Shown here: one piece after another, positions 28,520-39,060 of the stretch | How positions within the stretch are numbered: position 1 is the stretch's first letter | Layout of the letters: each line of letters begins with the position of its first letter | Source of the DNA: Camelus dromedarius | Lineage: Eukaryota | Assembly (NCBI RefSeq): GCF_036321535.1 | Contig: NC_087437.1 | Span: forward strand, 50,098,001-50,162,000 | Direction of reading: 5' to 3' | DNA: 64,000 bases | Position numbers and translations under genes: made by a program | Notes under the pieces: generated by a model | The model's database searches: none | Seen by the model: only the letters and a program-made list of their open reading frames with translations | Told to the model about the DNA's origin: nothing

Positions 28520-29040
28520 TTGTCATATTTTCTAGTTGTTCAGCACTTTTTGAGAGCCCTTGAAATACTTGGAAAACATTTTCCTTTATGAGTTTCAATT
28601 TCTCAAGGCAGAAACTAGAAAACAAATCTCCTCAACAACTCAGCTGCTAAGATGTATGCATGAGACCTAGGATCCACCAATCAAATGCAGCCACAAGAGA
28701 CTTGTTTTCAAAAGAAAACAATGTGAAGAAGGCGGCCTGTGAAAGTCACCTTCTAGAGAACATGTGGCAAATGTATCCAAGTCTTGGAGGGCAGGAAAGA
28801 GGAAGGTCCTAGTGTCTAGTCTCTTATGTCACTGGCGATAGCTGCCCTTCGCTCAGCTATGAAGTCTGAGGCATGCATGCCAGCGGTGGTACCTTTGCCA
28901 GTGAAGGGCCTTCTAGCATAATTGCCCATTGTTCCTAGTTGTGTAGCATTCAAGCCAGAGTCTCTGGGACACCAGGAAGTGGGGGAGCTTTTCTGTTTAA
29001 ACCAGCTTTACTGGATTCTCACAACCAACAATCCTGAGAG
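28520..29040 (+). mobile_element. ERVL solo LTR (LTR33-like)
   Basis: 'gcatgagacctaggatccaccaatcaaatgcagcca' and 3' 'ttttctgtttaaaccagc..caaccaacaatcctga'. Confidence 0.6.
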
Positions 29041-29689
29041 ATATAATGGATCAGACCAATATCTGAGAAAGACTCACACTCGAGGAGGGACAGAGTGTGC
29101 TGTGATTTGGGACTGACACAGACACCCAGGACCACCCTGGGTCACTACATGCCGGATGTCACTGATGGTAAAAGAGGCAGGGCAGGCAGCTGCTCTATCA
29201 GCTGTGCCTGACCTCTGAATGCTGTTTCTGCAGAACGTGGCTTAACTCAGGTTCTGCAAATCGTATATTGTTTTCTCTCTCAAGAAAGCTCAGGAGTCAG
29301 AGCTGGCCTGCAGTCTGCCAGGCAGAAGACCCAGGAAGGGAGAAGAAAAAGAGAAGCTGGGGAATGAGACCAAGTGTAACTGCCTCCACCCTATCTTCAG
29401 AGCCACCTTTATTCCCCTCTTTCTGAATTCAGTGTTAAGATTCAAAGAGTTTTCTCTGCAACCAGGTATTTCTAAGAGGAACTGACAACACAAACCAAAA
29501 GGGAAAAGGGAAGCACAGATTTTCTCATTTATTACCAGGAACTGCCCTTACTGCTTTTAGAAAAAGTGTTTCTCTTTCTGCTTATTCCTGTGGCTGCTAT
29601 GCACTCTCAAGATATATTTGTTATAAGAAACATTTCATTTCTTCATCTTGATATCAAAGGCCTAACTGCTCACATACCTGTGATGGGAT

Positions 29690-30070
29690 GGCTAAAGACT
29701 CTTCTTGGAGTAATCCCTGAGCTAAGCACTGGGTATAGAGATGAAAAAGGCCCAACTTTTGCCCTCATGGAGCTGCGTTGAATGAGAGAAACAGATGTAT
29801 CACAGCAGAAAAAGTATAATAGATGCATAGACAAAGTGGTATGGAAGCCATGCTTTCCTTTGCCACAGGTAAGAAGAAGGAAGCAAGCCTTTTGAAGGCT
29901 TTACAGAAAGAAGTGACATGTGGCCTTTATGCATGAGTAGAACTTTGATGAAAAGATGAATACATTCCAGGAAGAAGCAGCAACACAAACTCAGGCATGG
30001 AAGTAGAGAATTGCAAGTTGTGTTCAGGAAACATTGAATACTCACTGAAGTAGAGTATAACGTGCGTGTG
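29690..30070 (-). mobile_element. L2 fragment
   Basis: 'gctaagcactgggtatagagatgaaaa..tgccctcatggagct..gaaggctttacagaaagaagtgaca'. Confidence 0.7.
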
Positions 30071-32104
30071 AAAGAGGAATGGGGTAGTGGGGAGGACAGA
30101 CTGTTCTCTGGGCTTTTTTCTCAGTTAGAAGGAGCCAGATATTGTACTTGTTGATTGAATGACTATGGCATAGTTCACTAAAAAGTTGAAATAGAGTAAA
30201 AACAAAACAAAAATCCAGCAACTTCAGTATTTCATCTGTTGAACTCTTCAAAAACCTCTGACAAAATTCCTAATATTGCTTGGTAAAATATGATTTTTAA
30301 ATGGGGAAGGGGTTCTTTGATAAGATGTAATAAAACTATTTTAATTCAGTTAAAAATCAGCATAATGATGACAGTGAGTAACTCACTGGAAACTGAAGTG
30401 CTACTCAACTATGAAGAGAAAAAGGCTGTAAAAGAAAAACATTCAAACTTGGAATGCTGAGTTTATGCTCTGGACCCTGAAATGCCTAAATTTTCAGGAT
30501 ACTCCAATTTCCTCTTGACTGGTTCACACACTTCTAGTTCCTTCTCTATCTCACCCTAAGCCCTCTTTGCCTCCCAGAAAGTGGGAAATGCCCCTCTTAA
30601 AGAGATCAAATGAAACAGAGGGAGAAACTATATATTTCAGTCTGAATTCCCCGTCAGCTCAGAAAGGAGGCAGCGTTGACCTAACTTAGCACCATATACC
30701 TTACCTTTCAGCTGGTACCTTTGTGTACCTGTGGCTGATGCCAGCAACTCAGCCTCACATCTCCCACTCAGCTCTCCCAGGCTTCTTAGAACTCAGATTC
30801 CCAAGACAAAGCACAATTGAGGCCCAGTTAGTGCTCAAGTTTACTGAGAATTAAGCCATAGGCAGATACCATCAAAACACATTTCACTTGTGACCTTTCA
30901 CAGCCAACGAATTGGAAGGATTTTCCTTTGCAGGGATTGAATTTAAAACGACTTCCCAGGAGTGAAAGGTCAGCCCATGGAATCATGATATCCAGTTAAA
31001 CACAGCTAAATAGAACATTTTAGCATGACAATAAATGGAGTTATATTTAGCTGATTTGGGATACTATCTGGCCAAGGGAAAAGAAGGAGTACAGAGATTC
31101 TTCATCTCCCACCCCCCTCCCCCAGATGGAAAAAGTAATGGAGTAGTGCAGACAAGCACAAAGGTGAGGAATTTTACTAAATCTGTACAGTGAGACCATT
31201 TTTGCTTTCCCAACATTTACCATGTTCTGAGTAGGACGTGTTGGTTGAATTGCATAAAGGCTATATTGTCCTCTTGACACACACATGAAATTCCTATTAG
31301 CATGACTGGAGCAGGATGGGCTCCAAAGGGAGAACATACCCTCAAATAACTTTCTAGGCAGCTTTGATTTCTAGATACGTATGAGGTGAAAGCACATTAG
31401 CCAAACTGGCTTTGATAACAAATGCATTCTTTTTTAACAAGGAAAGACTGAAGGGAAAAAAATAGTTGGCACTCATCTGCCCTTAACTTGAAATGCCCAT
31501 GTTATTTTGAAATAGCCTCATATTTTGCTGCTGTTAACTAACAGATGGTTTTGTTAGCTGATGACTATTTCTCTAAATAACTCCCGACAATAAAAGGCTG
31601 TGACACATGAGAGCAAAATGGGGACCATAAGTGGTAGCCTTTTACTTCCAGAATCTTACCTTGTCGTCCATCCTGAAATTTGATGTGTGTAATTGCAGCC
31701 ACTGGGAAGGGGTGGAGTGCTATAGCATCACAGATCTGCCAATAGTTAGAAGAGATTATAGGTGTATGTTGTTTTCTTAGAAGGGAAAAAAAAGTATATT
31801 TAATTGAAACCAGTTTAGAAATCAGGATCCCTGTGAGTTTAGAGCGAGAACGTTTTCAATGAAATACTGTTTCATTCTGGCTATGAGAGACCCATTCTGT
31901 TTCTCTCCCAGGCTAACTGTGCTATTTGATAGGGAACCCACAGTTTGTTCTTGTTCCCCAAGACCCTATCTAGTACTCAGTGAACTGGTACTCTGGGTAA
32001 ATATAATAGTGATTTAGCAAAAACCATTGGCCACAGTCTTGCGGATTCCATCTAACACTGTTTCATTTATGGTGACTGATCTCTCTGCTTATAAGGTCTT
32101 TTTC

Positions 32105-33422
32105 TTTTTCTTTTCTTTTTTAACTGAAGTATAGTCAGTTTACAATGTTGTGTCAATTTCTGGCATACAGCATAAAGTTTCAGTCATACATATACATCTA
32201 TACATTTGTTTCTACATTCTTTTTCATTATAGGTTACTACAGGATTTTGAATATAGTTCCCTGTGCTATACAGTAGAAATTTGTTGTTTATCTATTTTAT
32301 ATATAGTAGTATCTGCAAATCTTGGTCTCCCAACTTATCCCTTCCCACCCCCTGCCCCCTCCAGTAATCATACATTTGTTTTCTTTTTTTTAATTGAAGT
32401 ACAGTCAGTTACACCATATCAATTTCTGGTGTACAGCACAATGTCCCATCATGCATATACATACATATATTCATTTTCATATTCTTCTTCATTAAAGATT
32501 ATTACAAGATATTGAATGTAGTTCCCTGTACTATACAGATGAAATTTATTTTTTAATCTATTTTTATATACAGTGGCTAATATTTGCAAATCTCAAACTC
32601 CCAAATTTATCCCTTCCCACTCTCTTTCCCTTGGTAACCACCATAAGATTATTTACTATGTCTGCAAGTCTGTTTCTGTTTTGCAGATAAGTTCATTAGT
32701 GTTCTCCTTTTTTCTTTTTTTTTAGATTCCACATATGAGTGATATTATACGGTATTTTTCTTTCTCTTTCTGGCCTACTTCACTCAGAATGACAATCTCT
32801 AGGTCCTTCCATGTTGCGGCAAATGGCATTATTTTATTCTTTTTTATGGCTGAGTACTATTCCATTGTATAAACATACCAAACCTTCTTTATCCAGTCAT
32901 CTGTCAATGGACATTTAGGTTGTTTCCATGTCTTGGCTATTGTATATAGTGCTGCTATGAACACTGAGGTGCACGTATCTTTTCAAATTAGAGTTCCCTT
33001 CTGATATATACCCAGGAGTGGGATGGTTGGATCTCATGGTAAGTCTATGTTTAGTTTTTTAAGGAATCTCCATACTGTTTGCCATAATGGCTGCACCACA
33101 CTACATTTCCACCAACAGTATAGGAGGGTTCCCTTTCTCCACACCCTTTCCAGCAGTTATCGTTTGTGGACTTTTGAATGATGGCCAGTCTGACTGGTGT
33201 GAGGTGATGCCTCCTTGTAGTTTTGATTTGCATTTCTCTAATAATTAGTGATATTGAGCATTTTTTTCATGTGCCTATTGGCCATTTGTATGTCTTCACT
33301 GGAAAATTCGTTGTTTAGGTTTTCTCCCCATTTTTGGTTGTTTGGTTTTTTGTTATTAAATCGTATGAGCTGTTTATATATTCTGGAGATTAAGCCCTTG
33401 TCAGTTGCATTGCTTGCAAATA
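32105..33422 (-). mobile_element. 5'-truncated L1 with two tandem 3' ends, 15-bp TSD
   Basis: ORF2 tail [22 protein letters not shown] tataaggtctttttc at 32090-32104 and 33423-33437. Confidence 0.95.
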
Positions 33423-35534
33423 TATAAGGTCTTTTTCATATGATGCTGCCTTCTTTCATTTCATCTTTTTAAAAATATCACCTGATCTTTTTTACTTATA
33501 TTCTGCCTTTGGACAGTCCAAAATGGGCATGACTCAACCTGCTTGGGCATAAAATTGGCCATTTTCCAATCTCTAGCTGAGGAAAAGGTATGACTAAAAG
33601 GCATTACTAAACTCACAGAACTGATACTCAGGCCTCAAGCCCTTGGCTCCTAAAGGTCTATATTCACCCAGCCACTTTGAGTCTACCCTCAACCTGGGAA
33701 GATCCTTAGACCAGATAAACAAGAATATAGCCTTTGTACACTTCAAAAAAACTAAAACAAAAACAAAGCAAAGCATGTCCTACATAGAACATGGTAAATG
33801 TTAGGAAAGTAACCATCTTACCTTTCCAACTTTATCTTGCTCTTTTTCCTAATATATTGCTGACCTCTTATTGTTCCCTTAATACCTTCACCTAGCATTT
33901 ACAGTGTGGCATACTGATTTGTTGTGCCCAGAATCCAAAGATAGCTCCATTCCTGCTTATTGGTTTAATCTCTCACCCTTGGTAAAAAAGTTCCATAATG
34001 ATTTTAGCCTACTACTAAACTGAACCAACCCAATCTATATTCTTTCCCTATAGATGATCTCTCATCCAAGTCTGTGACTACTCATTACCACCCAGTCCCA
34101 CTCTGCTCTTTATCTGTCCAGGACCATAAATCATTCCAAAAAGTCCATGTCTCCAAGAGGACTGAATAAGCATAGATTAACTGAGACATTTCCTTTTAGG
34201 TACAGCTAGAATCATTGAGATGATGAGATAATGGTGAACTAAAGTATAGCAGTGACAATAAGAAGGAAAAATATAGTCATATTCAAAATATATTTTTGAC
34301 AAGACTTAATAACTGATTGACAAAAGGGAATAAAAAGAGGAAAAGATCAAGGGTGATATTTCAGATTTCTGACTTGGAGAAGCTGTTGGATGCCAGACAT
34401 GATGAAAGAATAGGGGCAAAGAGTTGGAGACTTGAAAATCATTGAAACAAGGGCAACAAAGGCGCATGTATTATGTTTATCCCATTATTTATGAAGGTTC
34501 TTGTGTGAAATATGCAGGACTAGGATATCTTTTATTTGAATAAATTGTCAAAAAGTAGAATAAGGAAACCTTTATCAAATCACAGAAATTTGAATCCCAG
34601 TTCCCTTGTCTATAAATGATGATGATAGTACCCAAGATATCGGGGAAAACAGAACACACTTTTTATAAACCATCCAATATAGTATCTGGCATAATATACT
34701 CAATAAATGGTAGCTGCTATTATACCTATGATTTGTAGTGACTTACTATACATGATCTGAAGACCGAGTTGGCAATTTTCAAAAACTGAATCAGCAATGA
34801 AGTGTTGAAGAATGCAGAGGGCACCCAACCTAGACGGTAATCTCATAGAGTCACTGGTATTATTTATTGTTTACCCAGCACTTCAGCCAGCAAAATTCAA
34901 GGTCGGTCATTATCATTTACTGCACATAAGAAATGAGAAAAGCACTTCATAGATGGGGAAAACACAGCATCCCTGATGGCAGGAGTTACAGTTTGACTCC
35001 AATAAGTTTGAACATTTGATGGCCTAAAGTCACAATCTATGAACAAATCTCCATACTAAGATATCAAAGAGAACAACCCAAAGATACCTTTGACATTCTT
35101 CCTTATAAAGACAGAAGCTGAGTAACTGTGTTGTAAACACAGGATATACAACCTGAGACAACCTTGGGACCAGGGTGGTAAAGTTATATAGGTCTTTCTC
35201 TTAAAGAAGGTCTTATGTTCTTGATTTCTGAAAATGACAAGTTATGAGTAATCTTTTTCACATAAAAATAAACAAGTCTGAAAATGGTTGTACCTACAAA
35301 CACGTAAAACAAATAGAAAAACAAAATGTGTCTCAAAAATAAAACCAACCTGTTTTGTAAATAAAAAGGACTCACGTTTTTCCCAGACCCCTTGTCACTG
35401 ACTGAAACCTTCTCTAAATAAACTGATCAAGTCATCATGCAAATAATTTTCTGAAAAAAAAAAATTCTGAGGCATCCAACATAGTTACACTAGAAGCTAC
35501 TGGCAGCCCACATATCCACCCACAAAGATGACTG

Positions 35535-35975
35535 CATCAGTGATTATTTGGTTGTAGGTGACTGAAACCGACTCTGGTTAACTTAAGCAAAATAGCAATA
35601 ATAATCTTTAAAAAATTAAATAAACTACAGACTCTAATGAAAAAGTGAACAATCAGGCCTTGGGAAGAACAGGATCAAGATGCTCCAAGAAATTAGGAAA
35701 GAGGTATTAAAAGACTCTCTTCAGGGCTTGGCCATTGGAAGGACCCACTTCAGTGCTTTGTGTCAATGTACACTCACTGAAGACTTAAACTCCCGGGAGG
35801 GTAGGAACAGTCTTACCTCAGACATGTGTCCAAGAAGTGTGAGGACAGTGCACATGTCTCTCCCACCAGAACAATATGGAAGGAGGGAAGCGAAGTCCCC
35901 AGAAGCAAAACCGGAGTGTTAGTAACAAAGAAAGGGGAAGGGCTGCTGGGCGAATCACAGATTCCAAGGTAGCCC
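35535..35975 (-). mobile_element. Old MaLR LTR (MLT1-type)
   Basis: 'ttggttgtaggtgactgaaaccgactctggttaacttaagcaaaa' and 'aaggggaagggctgctgggc'. Confidence 0.65.
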
Positions 35976-36109
35976 ATCTCAGACAATATTGGTTCTGAAC
36001 AGAAACAAGCATTGATTTATGAAACCCATTTGAGCAATTCGGTTCATACTGCCAATGCAGCATGAAAACTTACATTATTAAAATTTTTTAATTTAGAAAA
36101 AAACCTGAT

Positions 36110-36540
36110 GTAAGCTCATACGCTCAAAAAAAATATGTATTTCCCAGACCTGCCACTAACAGCATTCTACCCACAACAGCAGAAATCATCACCCGTGTCC
36201 ACAACTTGCCATCATGAGCCCTCATAAAGCACAGATTATGGTTCCAAATTACACTCAAAGGAACCAGGACTCTTTGCAAGGTACCAGAAGTCATGTCTTA
36301 GGACAGAAAAAAATTAGGATGGTGATGGTAGTAACCTCCTATGGTTATAGAAAATCGGTTTTTTCCTACGATGGCAGGACGTGCTGAAAAGACAACAAAC
36401 AGATCCCGCTGAGAGAGATGCTACTCACCAAGCCGTGATGATTCAAGCATCCGAAGCAAAATATATATAATAACAATTTTGGTTAATTAGAAAGGCTGAG
36501 TCTGTAGAAAGTGGAATTCTTCACAGCCGGGAAAAAGAAG
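36110..36540 (+). mobile_element. Old L1MC-like 3'UTR fragment immediately upstream of the retrocopy
   Basis: 'cagattatggttccaaattacactcaaaggaaccaggactctttgca' resembles the L1MC 3'UTR. Confidence 0.55.
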
Positions 36541-36930
36541 TTAGAAGACGTACGAGGAGACGTAAGGGCCGCGGTGCGTAGGCGCGTCAGCGGACGTCGG
36601 CGTCGAGCGCGGGTGCACGCGACCCTTCATCCCTGTCAGGAGGGCGGTCCACACGGCTCGCGGGCCGTTTCCCTGGCAAGAGTCGTCTGCGGCCTTTGGT
36701 CCTTTTCTCCGTCATTATGGGGAATAAATCTCTCTCAAATGTGACTCTCCAGCTCCCGGAAAGGGGACAGATACTCAAGACCCTTTCATCTTCCCTCTGG
36801 TGGACACCAAGCCCGGTATCGGCAGCGCCCACGGGCTGCAGTTTGCCCGGGTGTTTGTCACATTGAAACGAACAGGACCCGGTAGTTGCTCTAGTGGACT
36901 TGGGCTGTTTTTTGGTTCACATGGAGCCGC
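36541..36930. promoter_or_regulatory. Small CpG island carried by the POLH retrocopy 5' end
   Basis: About 25 CpGs counted by hand in 36541-36720, in an otherwise CpG-depleted window; repeated GACGT motifs. Confidence 0.7.
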
Positions 36931-37333
36931 GGCAAAATCCTCATTTGAGGAATAAGCCTTGTGCAGTTGACGGGACAGATCATAAAAGGGTTATGGAATC
37001 GTTGAAGTAAGTTACGAAGCTCGTACTTTGGGGTCATTAGAAATATGTGGGCAGATGATGCTAAGAAGTTATGTTCAGATCTTCTACTGGCGCAAGTCCG
37101 TGAAAGCTAACCTCCCCAAGTACCGGGAAACCAGCGTGGAAGTCATGGAGGAATAGCTCGTTTTGCTGTGATTGAATGTGCCAGCGTTGATGAGGCTTGT
37201 GTAGACCTGACCAGTGCTGTACAGGAGAGACTACGAAAGCTCCAAGGTCAGCCTATCTCAGCCGACTTGTTGCCAAGCACCTACGTTGAAAGGTTCCCCT
37301 GGGCCCTACAACGGCAGAAGGGACTACAGAAAG
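36547..37333 (+). pseudogene. POLH: Processed pseudogene of DNA polymerase eta (5'UTR plus exons 2-4, ~aa 5-163)
   Basis: Translated pieces QDPVVALVDLGCFLVHMEPRQNPHLRNKPCAV (from 36873), SYEAR..RNMWADDAKKLCSDLLLAQVR, KANLPKYRETSVEVME and VIECASVDEACVDLTSAVQERLRKLQGQPISADLLPSTYVE match the Pol eta N-terminus as recalled. No introns lie between these exons. The ATG is deleted (~36866-36872), TAA at 36983 replaces a Trp codon, and there are several frameshifts. Upstream 'ttctccgtc..gggaataaatctc..gtgtttgtcacattgaaa' resembles the POLH 5'UTR. Confidence 0.95.
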
Positions 37334-37949
37334 ATACTTCCGTAACATCATCTTGCTTCTTCCTCCTTTTGGATCGTGCTTTGCTTGCTCATGCTGATCC
37401 TACTTAAACTACAGCCTGAATGAATCACGAGGACTCACACGGAAGGATATACAAATTCTCTCATTTTTGCAGGTATGTGGATGTTGAGAAGCTGTGAAAG
37501 CTGTGTAAAATCAAGTTTCTCTTTAGCCGTAGCTTGGCCAGTTAAGTTATCAGTAGAGGGCTGATTAAGCACCTCTATCAACTTTTTTTGTAGGTTAATT
37601 TATATTATTGTAACTTGGTTTTTTCATGAGGGTGAGCTTTTTTAAGGGGACTTCGAGAACAGGGAGTTGAGTCACTCAAAATTTCTAATCAGTTCATAGC
37701 ATGATGTCACCAGTGGGCTGCTCAAGGCCTCTCTCATTTTATTTTACTCATTTTACTTCTTTTCTACTTTATAGTAATCCCACTGCCCCCTTCCTATCCC
37801 ACACACCCTCTGGCACTCACTGATGTATTTGGTATAATTTCTTAAATATGTGTATGTCTTTATAAATTGTACGGTGTTGCTTTGTACATGTGCTTTAAAA
37901 ATTTGTTTTATTTTTGTATTTGCTATTATTTCCTTTATTTTTATTTATT

Positions 37950-38300
37950 TATTTATTGAAGTGTAATTGATTTACAATGTTCTGTTGGTTTCAGATGTAC
38001 AACATAATGATTCAATGCTTTTATAGATTATACTCCATTTAAAGATGCTATAAAATAGTAGCTATATTTCTCTGTGCTGTGCATTTATGTCCTTGTTGCA
38101 TATTTATTTTGTGAGTAGTGGTTTGTATATTTTAATTTCTTACCCCTATCTTGTCCCTCCCCCTTCCCTCTCCAGACTGGTAACCACTGGTTTGTACTCT
38201 CTGTGAGTCTATTTCAGTTTTGTTTTATTTATTCATTTGTTTTTGGATACCACATATAGGTGATAGCATATGACATTTGTCCTTCTGGCTGACTTATATC
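37950..38300 (-). mobile_element. L1 3' end (older cetartiodactyl-type)
   Basis: 'ttattgaagtgtaattgatttacaatgtt..ggtaaccactggtttgt..gataccacatatagg'. Confidence 0.85.
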
Positions 38301-38373
38301 TGTATGCTTTTTAAATTTGTGCTTTTTAATTACAAGATAGTATTGTGTTATTGTAGATCTCATTCTTGTTCTT

Positions 38374-39046
38374 TTTACTTTTTTTATTGAAGTATAGTCA
38401 GTTTACAATGTTGTGTCAGTTTCTGGTGTACAGCACTATGCTTCAGTCATACATGAACATACATATATTTGTTTTCATATTCTTTTTCACCATAAGCTAC
38501 TACAAGATATTGAATATAGTTCCCTGTGCTATACAGTATAAACTTATTATCTATTTTATGTATACCAGTCAGTATCTGAAAATCTCAAGCTCCCGATTTA
38601 TCCCTTTCTACTCCCTCCCCCCAACCCTGGTAACCATAAGTTTGTTTTCTATGTACATGAGTCTGTTTCTGTTTTATAAATAAGTTCATTTGTCTTTGTT
38701 TTTTTAGATTCCACATATGAGTGATATCATACGCTATTTTTCTTTCTCTTTCTGGTTTACTTTACTTAGAATGACATTCTCCAGGTCCATCCACATTGCT
38801 GCAAATGGCATTATTTTATTATTTTTTATGGCCAAGTAGTATTCCATTGTATAAATATACCACAACTTCTTCATCCAGTCATCTGTCGATGGATATTTAG
38901 GTTGTTTCCATGTCCTGGCTATTGCAAATAGTGCTGCTATGAATGCTGGGGTGCAAGTGTCTTTTTGAATTAAGGTTCCCTCTGGATATATGCCTAGGAG
39001 TGGGACTGCTGGATCATATGATAAGTCTATTTTTATTCTTTTGAGG
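38374..39046 (-). mobile_element. Young 5'-truncated L1, 14-bp TSD
   Basis: ORF2 C-terminus YDPAVPLLGIYP..KIMPFAAMWMDLENVILS. TSD tcattcttgttctt at 38360-38373 and 39047-39060. Confidence 0.95.
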
Positions 39047-39060
39047 TCATTCTTGTTCTT

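Noticed and set aside
36530..36546. A-rich flank as the left TSD of the POLH retrocopy
   Set aside because: I could not find a matching downstream copy by eye.
36511..36832. Arg-rich ORFs on both strands
   Set aside because: By-products of GC-rich 5'UTR sequence.
37168..37407. 79-aa ORF with the Pol eta motif SVDEACVDLT as a functional CDS
   Set aside because: It starts at GTG, has upstream stops and frameshifts, and the POLH start codon is lost; it is a pseudogene fragment.
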